This document shows positions 8,937-18,363 of a DNA stretch of 45,091 nucleotides, in pieces (the first letter of the stretch is position 1; each line of letters opens with the position of its first letter). Below the pieces are notes generated by a model. That model saw only the letters and a program-made list of their open reading frames with translations. It searched no databases and was not told where the DNA came from. Source of the stretch: a virus; the IMG/VR virus record IMGVR_UViG_3300027742_000005, positions 1 through 45,091 of that record. The stretch is one strand, 5' to 3'. Made by a program: the position numbers and the translations under genes.

Positions 8937-9284
8937 TTATACCTCTAATAATTCAAATTCTACTCTATACCCTTCAGCAGTTCCCAATATCGGACTCTTA
9001 GGTATTACTCCGGGTTTGAATCTTACTGTATAATTATCGCTTTCGATTATGAGATTAAGGTCATTTGTTTTACCATCTTCAAATACACTTATCAAGTCAT
9101 CCCATATATCAGAAGTTACATAAGTTATACTGCATTTAAATATATATTTTTGATTTTGAGCATACTGCAATCTTACATTACCCGAGGGGGTCATATGTTC
9201 AGAACCGGGTATCCGATAATCATATTCTACTACTGCATATTCGAATGTAATTTCTTCTGTTAATATTCCTAATTTTATATCCAT
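8937..9284 (-). CDS. Small tail protein in the distal-tail (Dit) position
   Basis: 115 aa, ATG 9284 with SD CAGGAG. First gene after the tape measure, but short for a Dit. Confidence 0.3.
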   Translation of the reverse strand: MDIKLGILTEEITFEYAVVEYDYRIPGSEHMTPSGNVRLQYAQNQKYIFKCSITYVTSDIWDDLISVFEDGKTNDLNLIIESDNYTVRFKPGVIPKSPILGTAEGYRVEFELLEV

Positions 9285-9300
9285 TTAAAAATCTCCTGTA

Positions 9301-9357
9301 TATACCCCAAATTAATGCGTAGAGTACTCTAATCGGGCATTTCTCATAAAAGACGTA
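9301..9357 (-). promoter_or_regulatory. Conserved intergenic element, copy C (between the tape measure and distal tail genes)
   Basis: Plus-strand sequence: tataCCCCAAAttaatgcgtagaGTACtctaatcgggcatttctcataaaagacgtat. It has the same 7-mer, N12 and GTAC spacing as copies A and B, and contains the palindrome TAGAGTACTCTA (9320-9331). It ends 17 nt before ATG 9284. Confidence 0.45.
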
Positions 9358-9375
9358 TAAACATAAGCGAATTAT

Positions 9376-11160
9376 TTAAATCTCTATACCGTGCGCTATA
9401 AATTGCTTATAGACGACATCGAATATTCTCTTCCCTGAATCCTCTAATACATCTTCATCTAATCTTAAAGCATTTATCTGTACTGCTCCTTCTCCAATAT
9501 TTATTTCGATATTATTCCCGGTCTTTAATTTACCTTCTTCAGTTACCACTTCTCTATCTTTTAATAAAGCTAATCCTTCTCCACCGGGAATAGGACTTCT
9601 GAATACTCCACCTTTATGTAATAATGGTATATTCGGGATATTAAATCCCCATACATTCCCACCAAAACCCGGTACCCAGTCAGGAATTTCTACTCGGAAT
9701 TTATTTAAGGCATTTATAATCCAATTTATAGCTTGAATAAATACATTGACAACACCTTTTAAAGCTCCGGTAATACCACCCCAAATATTCACCAATCTCT
9801 GAACAAAATATTCCCATATCGAAGCTCCATAATCACTTATAGATTCCCATATATTTATCAGGTAATCTTTAATTCCATCCCAGAGATTTTTTATCCAATC
9901 TCCAACTCCACCCCATATATTTTTCACTGAATCACTTACTCTTCTAAATGTAGCAGAAGCATAATCAACTATATTGGGAAATACATTCTTAAAATAATCA
10001 ACTACTTTCTTTACAGAATCTATTAATGCCTTTAAAGTCTTCTGGAAGAAAGCAGTTACTTTATCCCAATTTTTGTAGAGTAATACGAGAGCTGCAATAA
10101 GAGCTATGATTCCTATTACTATCCAGGTTATAGGATTTGCTAATAGAGCAGCAGTAAAAGCCCATGCACTCTGGGCACTGCTTATCATGGCAGGAATAAA
10201 ATTACCATGTAGAATTTTACCGAGAAGGCCTGAACCAACTGAAACTAATTTCATAGCAGGCCCAACCAGATATAAGGCAGGAGCAAATTTAGCAGCTTGT
10301 TCTACTGTACCCGCAAATTTAAATCCCAATTCTCCTACTGCATGCTGTAATTTCTGCATCGGTGTATAGGATTCAGCATGAATATCTGCATTCCTCTGGA
10401 TAACTTCCGAACTCTTTACAACCTCTGCATTATATTGATTGAAAGTATCTTCACTTATTCCCAGAGTTTCAAGCAAGGTATCCATGCTTCCTTCGGATTC
10501 TACAACTGCTTGCATAAATTCTGTCCTGGCAGTTCGAGCACTCATACCAAATTGCTTTTCAAGTATACCCAGAATGGCAGCACTCTGATTTACATTCATA
10601 TCCATTTCTCGTAAATCAGGTCCGCATCTATCTAAAAATTTCAAGAATTCACTAATTGAACCACTAGTATTTTCAGTAATATAACCGAAGGCAGCAAGAG
10701 CTTCCTTCTCATTCCCCAATTCAATACCCATTCCTCGTAATGATGTTCCCATTTTACCTAATTGAACGGCACTCTCTCCGGTTGCATCTCCAACTGTATC
10801 CCAGAATGTAGCATATTCTTTTAAGGCATCAGCACTTCTTAATCCTGCCTGCTTACCTAATTCCATTAAGTCCAATACATCTTTCAAAGGGAATGTAACA
10901 TTGGCGGTCTCAATGGCTAAAGTCCTGAATGCTTTTTCATTCATTCCTATCGCAGCTGCTATCTGCCTCGATTTCTCCAGCATGGGAGCCTGTTTTCTGG
11001 CAAACATCTCGATGGCAGTTGCTGCACCCGCAGCTGCCGCACCGTATTTTAGCCAATTCTTCTCGCAAAAACCAACAACTTTTTTATTATTCGCTCCCAG
11101 TTTGTTTATGACCGGAGAAGCTTTATCTATCGCATTTATTACAATATCAAGACCTGCCAT
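9376..11160 (-). CDS. Tail tape measure protein
   Basis: 594 aa directly after the chaperone pair. Helical N-terminal region, a hydrophobic/Gly-rich core (IVIGIIALIAALVLL) and W-rich repeats (NIWGGVGDWIKNLWDGIKDYLINIWESISDYGASIWEY). Confidence 0.85.
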   Translation of the reverse strand: MAGLDIVINAIDKASPVINKLGANNKKVVGFCEKNWLKYGAAAAGAATAIEMFARKQAPMLEKSRQIAAAIGMNEKAFRTLAIETANVTFPLKDVLDLMELGKQAGLRSADALKEYATFWDTVGDATGESAVQLGKMGTSLRGMGIELGNEKEALAAFGYITENTSGSISEFLKFLDRCGPDLREMDMNVNQSAAILGILEKQFGMSARTARTEFMQAVVESEGSMDTLLETLGISEDTFNQYNAEVVKSSEVIQRNADIHAESYTPMQKLQHAVGELGFKFAGTVEQAAKFAPALYLVGPAMKLVSVGSGLLGKILHGNFIPAMISSAQSAWAFTAALLANPITWIVIGIIALIAALVLLYKNWDKVTAFFQKTLKALIDSVKKVVDYFKNVFPNIVDYASATFRRVSDSVKNIWGGVGDWIKNLWDGIKDYLINIWESISDYGASIWEYFVQRLVNIWGGITGALKGVVNVFIQAINWIINALNKFRVEIPDWVPGFGGNVWGFNIPNIPLLHKGGVFRSPIPGGEGLALLKDREVVTEEGKLKTGNNIEINIGEGAVQINALRLDEDVLEDSGKRIFDVVYKQFIAHGIEI

Positions 11161-11371
11161 CTTTTTTACTCCTTATCTCATTTCTAAGTTTCTGATATTT
11201 ATCTGATTTTCTTTCTTTTTCGATATCAAATAATCTCTTATATTCTTCATAGGCAGAGATAAAGAATTCTTTCTGTACTCTGGTCATATTTCTATAATTC
11301 GTGATAAAGGGAATGCCTATTAAATGAAAGTTCAAAATCGTTTGCCCTTCATCACTCCTTGCGAAAAAAGT
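11147..11371 (-). CDS. gpT-like extension ORF of the tail assembly chaperone, reachable by a putative +1 frameshift
   Basis: The +1 frame opens right at the TTTTTTC run (after TAG 11372-11374) and runs to 11147, overlapping the TMP start. There is no convincing independent ATG; the track start is TTG 11335. Confidence 0.45.
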   Translation of the reverse strand, partial: TFFARSDEGQTILNFHLIGIPFITNYRNMTRVQKEFFISAYEEYKRLFDIEKERKSDKYQKLRNEIRSKKDGRS

Positions 11372-11804
11372 CTATATCTTTTAATTGGTCTTTGCTTATA
11401 TTACTTATCTTGTAAATCTCTTCTGCTATTTTATCAATAATGCCAGGTGGAGAAATAGACTTTATCTCTTCTTCTGTCCATTCTTCTACTAACCCATATC
11501 TTAAAGCAATTACATTCTGTAAAAAATGACCCATAGCCAATTGCTCCGTACTGAATTTCATCTTGACCGATTGAGCTGTAGCTTTCTTATCTATATTTCC
11601 ATCTTTATCGAACATTGCACCACTTATAATTTCACTTTTCCCCATCGAGGCCGCTTCTATTTCCGACCAAGCTTCTTCTGTTAATGGTCTGATTTCAATT
11701 TCTCCACCCAGTCCTTCGATATATACTCGTACTTTTTTATCTCTTCCTTTGAGAATAATCTCTTTAGTAAGTAATACCTTCTCCATATCTTTTCCGTTAG
11801 TCAT
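11352..11804 (-). CDS. Tail assembly chaperone (gpG-like)
   Basis: 150 aa, acidic, SD AAGGAG. Sits between the tail tube gene and the TMP and ends with ..GAC TTT TTT CGC AAG GAG TGA. Confidence 0.6.
   Translation of the reverse strand: MTNGKDMEKVLLTKEIILKGRDKKVRVYIEGLGGEIEIRPLTEEAWSEIEAASMGKSEIISGAMFDKDGNIDKKATAQSVKMKFSTEQLAMGHFLQNVIALRYGLVEEWTEEEIKSISPPGIIDKIAEEIYKISNISKDQLKDIDFFRKE
11361..11372 (-). other. Candidate +1 recoding site: GAC-TTT-TTT-CGC
   Basis: A P-site TTT can re-pair as TTC one base downstream. The next zero-frame codon, CGC, looks rare in this AGA-dominated genome. The -1 frame gives only 10 codons, whereas the +1 frame gives ~70. Confidence 0.4.
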
Positions 11805-11824
11805 CTTCGTTCTCCTTTCTTATT

Positions 11825-12829
11825 TTAACTTATGATATCTTCATCCAAATCATCATTATTATTATTAATAGTTGCTATCAAATCAGTATCGATTTCGGTT
11901 ACTCCATCATCTAAAGTTATTGTTTTCATTAAAGCAATACCAGCAAAGGCCTGTATTATCTCTGTCCTTCCTGAAGGTGGAGTTTTCAAATCTGTAAATA
12001 TGAATTTTGGTATTTTAATCTCCATACTTCCATAAGCTCCACTATCAATAGTAATAACCAATTCTTCATTGGTAGATAGATTCCCAGATATACCCCCGGA
12101 AGCACCCCAGAATTTTTCATATTCCGAACTATCTTCAAAATAGAGATTACCACTTATATTGATATCCCTTGCTCCTATCGGCATTCTACAAGGATGTCTA
12201 CTTCCAAATCCCTTTCCTGCTGCCACATCTGGATTATTAGTTATTGAGATAGTTATCCCTTTGAATTTACAGCTATAATTAGTTTCTCCTAAAGTTATAG
12301 TAGAATCTATAAAAGATAAAGGATATTCATCGAATAGCAATAAATCTGCTATTGCTTTTACTGCTCCTTTATAATCTCTGGCTGCAACTATATCAGCAGT
12401 TATAAATACATATTCACCTTCTATCTTTATCTCCAGACTATTTATGGTACATCCGGTAAATATATGCTCGAAATTATCCTTTCCGAGTCTAGTAGTAAAT
12501 GAAGGTAATACTAAATCTTCTACTCCGTAAATCTCATGAGTATTTGCTCCCTCTCCACCATCGGTAAATACATATTTACCCAATGCCCATTTCAAGATAT
12601 AAGCAATAGACCTTATATCTACCGGATACATTATATTCCCGGTAGGAGCATAAAATCCCGGCCTGATAATCTTTCTACCTCTATATAATCCGCCTTCAAA
12701 ATGCAAATTAGGGTCAGTAGGAACATCAAGGGTTGCACTACCTATATCAATATGAAATATAGCATCTGGTGGAGTACCAGGATTAAAACTATATTCTTCT
12801 GCCATTCCTGCATATCTGATTCTTCCCAT
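11825..12829 (-). CDS. Major tail (tube) protein, assigned by position
   Basis: Track start is TTG 12838; ATG 12829 has SD AAGGAG. 334 aa, directly upstream of the chaperone and TMP genes. Confidence 0.45.
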   Translation of the reverse strand: MGRIRYAGMAEEYSFNPGTPPDAIFHIDIGSATLDVPTDPNLHFEGGLYRGRKIIRPGFYAPTGNIMYPVDIRSIAYILKWALGKYVFTDGGEGANTHEIYGVEDLVLPSFTTRLGKDNFEHIFTGCTINSLEIKIEGEYVFITADIVAARDYKGAVKAIADLLLFDEYPLSFIDSTITLGETNYSCKFKGITISITNNPDVAAGKGFGSRHPCRMPIGARDINISGNLYFEDSSEYEKFWGASGGISGNLSTNEELVITIDSGAYGSMEIKIPKFIFTDLKTPPSGRTEIIQAFAGIALMKTITLDDGVTEIDTDLIATINNNNDDLDEDIIS

Positions 12830-12850
12830 TATAATCAACTCCTTTCTTTA

Positions 12851-13312
12851 TTATCTTTCTAATACATTAAAGGTAATTTTTATTACCGCGACAGCACTAT
12901 AATTATTTCCTGCTACATAAGCAGGATTAGATGGTTCGAATCTATCGCTCCTGGTATCTTGCACGAAAGTATTTAATCCGAGATCCCTGTCCTGCAATAT
13001 ATGATACCTGGCTTTAGCAGCCAGTTCATTAGCTTTTTTATATCCTTCTTCTGCATCATTGGAATAAAATACCGCTACCAGATTTATAGGCATTTCCCAA
13101 CTCTCCATAATGGTTGCAGGCGGATGAGTACAGATAGCTACATCAGGAAATATCCAGATACAGGGAGTTTTAGGAGTCTTGACTGACCTATCCCCCCGAT
13201 ATATTGCTTTTACGATATCAAGGTCTTCTCCTGTCTGTATCTTTGCTTCAAGTGTATTCTGGAGAGATGACATAATATCATCAATTGCTTCATCTAATAA
13301 TTTATTTTGCAC
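12851..13312 (-). CDS. Neck / tail-terminator-slot protein
   Basis: GTG 13312 with SD GAGAGG. 153 aa, between the HK97-gp10-like gene and the tube gene. Confidence 0.3.
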   Translation of the reverse strand: MQNKLLDEAIDDIMSSLQNTLEAKIQTGEDLDIVKAIYRGDRSVKTPKTPCIWIFPDVAICTHPPATIMESWEMPINLVAVFYSNDAEEGYKKANELAAKARYHILQDRDLGLNTFVQDTRSDRFEPSNPAYVAGNNYSAVAVIKITFNVLER

Positions 13313-13754
13313 TGGTATCTACCTCTCTCAATGCTCTTCTTATGAATTCAGGAACTCTCTTTTCCGCTCCTTTCATTGCTCTATCCGGATAAGGATTTGG
13401 TTTCATTCCTTGAACTTCTGCTCTTTTAGTAAATATCTCCATTCCTTGCCAGATAAAATGTAAGCATTTTTTAGTTACCGGTTCGATAATGATAGGTCTG
13501 CCTTCCGGACCATATACTCCTGTTCCGGTCGCAACTGCTAAGGCGTATTTAACTCCACTCTTAGCTTTATATCTGAAATCATTTTCCTTTGATAATTGCC
13601 AACTCCCTGCTAATCTACCATGGTCGACCGGACTCTCTTTCATTAAAAGACTCCATGCTTCTTCTGCTGTATATTTGAAAGCTAATTTACCGGCCTTCAT
13701 CGGTAATTTCATTATCATTGCCAATTTTTCTTTATCAAATTTAAAATTAATCAC
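13302..13754 (-). CDS. HK97 gp10-family neck / tail-completion protein
   Basis: GTG 13754. ESPVDHGRLAGSWQL and KYALAVATGTGVYGPEG match the VDTG.L..S / Y...E.GT signatures of the gp10 family. Confidence 0.6.
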   Translation of the reverse strand: MINFKFDKEKLAMIMKLPMKAGKLAFKYTAEEAWSLLMKESPVDHGRLAGSWQLSKENDFRYKAKSGVKYALAVATGTGVYGPEGRPIIIEPVTKKCLHFIWQGMEIFTKRAEVQGMKPNPYPDRAMKGAEKRVPEFIRRALREVDTSAK

Positions 13755-14616
13755 TGGTATCCACTCTCATTAATCTGAATTTAGCTTTAGCAGGAAAATT
13801 ATTCAATTCTTTTTGTATCTCCGAAGTCAATATCTGGTCCATGGCTACCTTTACGCTTAAATCATCAACTCTGATCACTGCACTCTCCCTTCTGCTGAAG
13901 GCCAGGGCAACCATATTTCCACACATCCTCATGGCTATATTATGTATTCCTTCTGGTATTTTTAGTATGGAGAATAGACCCAAATATATATCTGCTCCTG
14001 CTAATCCAGATACATGTTTTATTCCGATACTCTTTATCGAATTCAGAGTACTATCTCTACCCAGATACCTTTTGAATAATCTCCACTCATCCTCATCGAA
14101 TGCAGGCACAGTTAGAGTTTTTTTGATATTTACACATCCCTCATCTTCTGCTAATTCTATTTCTAATTCATCAATTCCTACATTAACAGAAGATTTGATA
14201 TAGAAATTTAATACCTTTCCTTCACTCAAATCCTGTTTATCACTATCAAGGTCTTTATGTGCCAGAATTATACTATCCATTATCCCGCTTCCTAGAGATA
14301 TCTTATTACTTGATATCTGCTCACCAGTAGGAATATTATCATCATCTTCATCTACATTTTCAACCAAGCTTATAGTAACTCCACTGGCATCTGCTTCCCA
14401 TTTCTCTTCGCAATATTCAACAGGAAATTCTTCTCCACTATCCAAATCTCTGATATAATTTCTCTTACGATTATTATTTATAATACTTGCTATTTCTCTT
14501 AACCATTTTTCAATAAGAGATTCGAGTGCAGGTTTACCGGATAAATCTAATTTCTCATAATCAACACCAGTATATTTAATTATATCTCCTACTGTACTAT
14601 AATAATCTTCAGCCAT
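13747..14616 (-). CDS. Head-tail adaptor-like protein (gp6-like N-terminus) with a large C-terminal extension
   Basis: 289 aa, SD AAGGAG. The N-terminus STVGDIIKYTGVDYEKLDL..LESLIEKWLREIASIINN looks like a connector helix bundle. It is the first virion gene after the sugar cassette. Confidence 0.4.
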   Translation of the reverse strand: MAEDYYSTVGDIIKYTGVDYEKLDLSGKPALESLIEKWLREIASIINNNRKRNYIRDLDSGEEFPVEYCEEKWEADASGVTISLVENVDEDDDNIPTGEQISSNKISLGSGIMDSIILAHKDLDSDKQDLSEGKVLNFYIKSSVNVGIDELEIELAEDEGCVNIKKTLTVPAFDEDEWRLFKRYLGRDSTLNSIKSIGIKHVSGLAGADIYLGLFSILKIPEGIHNIAMRMCGNMVALAFSRRESAVIRVDDLSVKVAMDQILTSEIQKELNNFPAKAKFRLMRVDTSD

Positions 14617-14621
14617 CTATA

Positions 14622-14879
14622 TCACTCCTTTGAAATAGAATGTGCATGTTCGGGATGAGCCATATTAATATGGGTATATAATCCTCTTTTCTTATCGAAT
14701 CTCTTTTTACAATAAGGACATGAATAGAAAACTTTTAATATTAAATTTCGACAGGCTTTCAATTCTTTGAATCCTGCATCATCAGTAAATACAGTTCTCT
14801 TTTTCTCTGCCTCGAAATAATGCTTTGCCCTGAAGATACCCTCACCCTTTCTATTAATTACCTCAATCTCGTATAACAT
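14622..14879 (-). CDS. Small protein with a classical C2H2 zinc finger
   Basis: 85 aa, SD AAGGAG. CPYCKKRFDKKRGLYTHINMAH fits C-x2-C-x12-H-x4-H, with the conserved Phe and Leu positions. Confidence 0.65.
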   Translation of the reverse strand: MLYEIEVINRKGEGIFRAKHYFEAEKKRTVFTDDAGFKELKACRNLILKVFYSCPYCKKRFDKKRGLYTHINMAHPEHAHSISKE

Positions 14880-14883
14880 TTTT

Positions 14884-16098
14884 TTACTCCTTTATATTTA
14901 TTTTCAGATGAACGTGTGCTTTGATTAATCTGAAAGCACTCTCATCTACTCGAAAGATTTCGGTTTCTTTATTCGGATAAAAAATATGATTTGCTCTTTC
15001 TATCAATATCTTACCTCTATTCTCGACTGTAATGAATTTAGGAAATGGAGTTTTACTAATTAGTCTAGGAATTATATATTTTTTGGGTTTATGTCCTAAA
15101 GCTACTTCGATTACTTTTCTAAATTTCTTTATATCTTTATTCATTACATTATTATTCCTCATTCTCTTAGTAGTCTTCAATTCTTTTAATCTCTCTGGAA
15201 TTTTCTTTAAGGTTTTCATCTCTAAATCATCGATTATTATTCCCCATTTTCCATCATAAATATTCATTCCTTTGCCACCTTGATATCCGATAGTAGGAAT
15301 TCCTGCTGCTAAGTAATCCCAGATCTTATTACCCATGCAAGTTTGAGTATAATCATAAGCACGTTTAGATACATTTATCTTGTTATAACTATGTAATCCT
15401 GCTGTATATTTACTCATTTCTTTTAATAATGCTTTATAAGATAAATTATCATAAGTGATACATCCTAATTCTCTATATTCCCTCAGTCTTCTCTGATTAT
15501 GGCTTGCTGAATATATATGTATTTTCCAACCCGCTTCTATAAATTTTTTGAATATCTCATGATAGCATCTATATCCATAAATGGAATTAGATTTATTCCA
15601 ATTTGCTACTACTCCACCTGCATATACTAAATGCAAACCCTTTAATTTCCTTAATGGAACAAAATCTAAATCTTTTCTTAATGGCCGGGTATGAATGATT
15701 TCATAATAAGGCATTTTCCAATCATATTTTTTTTTCATTTTTTCGTAATATTCAGCATGACCTCCACTGGTAAAGATTATTGCAGAAGCATTTCCTATCT
15801 TTTCTCTATCCCTTCTCTCAGTATGCCTATCTAATCCACGCCTCATGCTATTAATATCATGTTCGATTAATATATAAGGAATATTATATTTCATGGGGAT
15901 TTTATAATCTTCTTTTGCATCTCCACGTACTATCATTAAATCGGGTTTTTTTTCTTCGATATTCTTTTTTACAGCAGGAATATCATCTTTGATTATTTCT
16001 CCACCAAAATTATCTTGCATAAAACTGATATCTTTATAAGCAGTTCCTTCATACCATCTGGATACAAAATATATTATTTTTTTACCCTTTATTCTCAT
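14884..16098 (-). CDS. Glycosyltransferase, GT-B-like (family unassigned)
   Basis: 404 aa with two Rossmann-like halves. The C-terminal half (LVYAGGVV..IHIYSAS..NKIWDYLAAGIPTIGYQGG) resembles a GT-B donor-binding domain. Confidence 0.45.
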   Translation of the reverse strand: MRIKGKKIIYFVSRWYEGTAYKDISFMQDNFGGEIIKDDIPAVKKNIEEKKPDLMIVRGDAKEDYKIPMKYNIPYILIEHDINSMRRGLDRHTERRDREKIGNASAIIFTSGGHAEYYEKMKKKYDWKMPYYEIIHTRPLRKDLDFVPLRKLKGLHLVYAGGVVANWNKSNSIYGYRCYHEIFKKFIEAGWKIHIYSASHNQRRLREYRELGCITYDNLSYKALLKEMSKYTAGLHSYNKINVSKRAYDYTQTCMGNKIWDYLAAGIPTIGYQGGKGMNIYDGKWGIIIDDLEMKTLKKIPERLKELKTTKRMRNNNVMNKDIKKFRKVIEVALGHKPKKYIIPRLISKTPFPKFITVENRGKILIERANHIFYPNKETEIFRVDESAFRLIKAHVHLKINIKE

Positions 16099-16828
16099 CC
16101 TTCAATTCCTCTTTCTTTGATATTCCGAAATCAGCTAATATATTTTTAATATCATCTTTATCTTCTATCTCTTCCCATTGCTGCCAACTTCCGGGATGAA
16201 ATGTGGAAACAATATTCTTACCATGTACCGTATCCATATAATTAAATCCCGGAATTATTTCGTGTTTCCTTAATATTGCCCCACCATGACCTCTTTTCAA
16301 GTAATGTCTTTTACCTTTTGCATATTCTTCTGGCTTGTATATCAGAACATAAGATTGTGGTGATTTATAAAAAAAACTTGCTAATCTGCCCGAACTTATA
16401 TCATAGTTGTAACAATTCTGATTTATCAATACTTCTGTTTCTAATTTAGGAATATAATCATGCAATAAATTTATGAAATGCCTTTCCCACATATCATCAC
16501 TATCCACTCTAACTAAATATAGAAAATCATATCCTTTTGATAATTCATTTACTTTATTATCAAATTCTTCACTACTAATAATACTGATATTTTCTGGAAG
16601 TTCCCCCATTTCTTTTTTAACGAAGGTAATCGTTTCTCCTCTACATGTTAATAATAAATTAAATGATTGATTCATCTGTGCTATCATACTCCTCAAACAA
16701 TAATCTTTAAATAATTTTATCCTGAATCTAATCCAATCCTCATCCATCTCATTTCCTTTTCGCTCCATATTTGTAGTTGTCTGGAAATAAGTATTCAATC
16801 GCGATTTTATTATTATTTTTTTACTCAT
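16082..16828 (-). CDS. Glycosyltransferase, GT-A-like (putative rhamnosyl-transferase-type)
   Basis: 248 aa. FLYLVRVDSDDMWERHF provides an acidic DxD-type motif. RFRIKLFKDYCLRSMIAQMNQSF resembles the family N-terminus as I recall it. Confidence 0.45.
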   Translation of the reverse strand: MSKKIIIKSRLNTYFQTTTNMERKGNEMDEDWIRFRIKLFKDYCLRSMIAQMNQSFNLLLTCRGETITFVKKEMGELPENISIISSEEFDNKVNELSKGYDFLYLVRVDSDDMWERHFINLLHDYIPKLETEVLINQNCYNYDISSGRLASFFYKSPQSYVLIYKPEEYAKGKRHYLKRGHGGAILRKHEIIPGFNYMDTVHGKNIVSTFHPGSWQQWEEIEDKDDIKNILADFGISKKEELKDENKG

Positions 16829-16839
16829 AATCGTATTCC

Positions 16840-17790
16840 TTATAATTTATAATATTCTTTCATCCAATCAATCGTCCTTTTTATTCCTTCTCTAATATCA
16901 ACAGTAGATTTATGTTCTAATTCTTTAATTGATAAATCTATATTGACTCTCTTTTTTTTAGTAGTCAATTTTTCGCTATTTTCATAATGTATTAAATCCC
17001 TTTCTGCTCCTGTGTAATTCCAGATGATATCTGCTAATTCTTCAATGCTATAATATTCATTACTACCAATATTATAAATCCTGCCTGGTATAAAATTATC
17101 AGATATGTTTGCTATTGTCCGGGAACAATCATCAATATAGCTATTAGAACGATAATGACCTTTATATATTATTATTGGAAATTTTGATAATGCATGATAA
17201 CAGAATTTACATATGGCAGAACGGTATGGATGATAATATTCTCCCGGACCATAAGTATTAAATAATCTTACTATAATAGTTTCTGTCCCATACATAATCC
17301 GAGAATTTCTGATTTGCAATTCATTAGCCCATTTTGATATAGCATAATCATTCATCTGATTAATTACATATTTATCAGGTATATTTTCTTTCATAATACC
17401 CGCATAATCTCCGTATATTTCCGAACTTGAAAAGTGGACTAATTTAAATTTATATTTTTCCTGCAATCTGATTATATTCTTCAGGCCTATTAGATTACTT
17501 TTCCACATCTGTTCGTAATAATCTTCCCCATTCCACCTGCCAAATTCAGCTGCACAATTATAGATTAAATCAAATGGACCTACTTCGGTTATAATCCTTT
17601 CTATCTGTCTGTATTCTCCAATATCACATCTGGCATATTCCCAATCTTCATTACCCATTTTTTGTATGAAGCCAACTTCTCCAGCATGATGTAATAAATC
17701 TATTCCGAAAATATTATGTCCTCTTTGTTTCAATTCTTCTGTCAATTTTTGCCCTATAATACCCTCTGAACCAGTTATTAATATCTTCAT
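16840..17790 (-). CDS. NAD-dependent sugar epimerase/dehydratase (extended SDR; 4,6-dehydratase or UDP-glucuronate-decarboxylase type)
   Basis: Track start is TTG 17811; ATG 17790 overlaps the upstream stop (ATGA). Motifs: ILITGSEGIIGQKL (GxxGxxG), SSSEIYG, YAISKWANE (YxxxK), RLFNTYGPG. Confidence 0.8.
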   Translation of the reverse strand: MKILITGSEGIIGQKLTEELKQRGHNIFGIDLLHHAGEVGFIQKMGNEDWEYARCDIGEYRQIERIITEVGPFDLIYNCAAEFGRWNGEDYYEQMWKSNLIGLKNIIRLQEKYKFKLVHFSSSEIYGDYAGIMKENIPDKYVINQMNDYAISKWANELQIRNSRIMYGTETIIVRLFNTYGPGEYYHPYRSAICKFCYHALSKFPIIIYKGHYRSNSYIDDCSRTIANISDNFIPGRIYNIGSNEYYSIEELADIIWNYTGAERDLIHYENSEKLTTKKKRVNIDLSIKELEHKSTVDIREGIKRTIDWMKEYYKL

Positions 17791-18362
17791 TTTGTCTTTC
17801 TCCAAAAACAAGTTTTTATATAATCAGGAGGCCCATCCCATTCATCTTTATATAGAGGTTTAAGCCCATATTTTATTACAGTATCTTTTGTATTCTCTTC
17901 TGTTAATTTTGCCATTGCTATTGATTGCCAATCATGAGAAGCGAATACAGAATCCTTAGGTAATAATTTAATGAAATAATTAAAATCCCTTAATTTATTT
18001 CCATTATCAGAAAAGAATAAAATCGGGCTATCAATATATTTGTTCATCTCTTGAATAGAGTCTTTATGATAACAATCTCTATTAATGAATTTTATCCCTA
18101 GTAATTTGAAAAGTTTGGGTTCTTTAATCGATAATATATCATAAGTTAATAATGGTTTTAATCCTCTTTCATAACATTCTAATCCCAAAAATATGGATAA
18201 AGCTCCGCGCCCAGTTCCGATTTCGATTATCCCTTTTATCTGTTTATTATCATTCAAGATATCATCTATTACTTTATACATCCAATAAGCATGGCTTTGA
18301 CGAAATCCTAAAAAAGTTCCATACCATCTTTTATATTGATATCTTAATTCATCAGTTACCAT
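17787..18362 (-). CDS. Class I SAM-dependent methyltransferase (CmcI-like sugar O-methyltransferase fold)
   Basis: 191 aa. IKGIIEIGTGRGALSIFLG is SAM motif I. The overall layout resembles the cephalosporin-hydroxylase/CmcI family. Confidence 0.55.
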   Translation of the reverse strand: MVTDELRYQYKRWYGTFLGFRQSHAYWMYKVIDDILNDNKQIKGIIEIGTGRGALSIFLGLECYERGLKPLLTYDILSIKEPKLFKLLGIKFINRDCYHKDSIQEMNKYIDSPILFFSDNGNKLRDFNYFIKLLPKDSVFASHDWQSIAMAKLTEENTKDTVIKYGLKPLYKDEWDGPPDYIKTCFWRKTK

Positions 18363-18363
18363 T

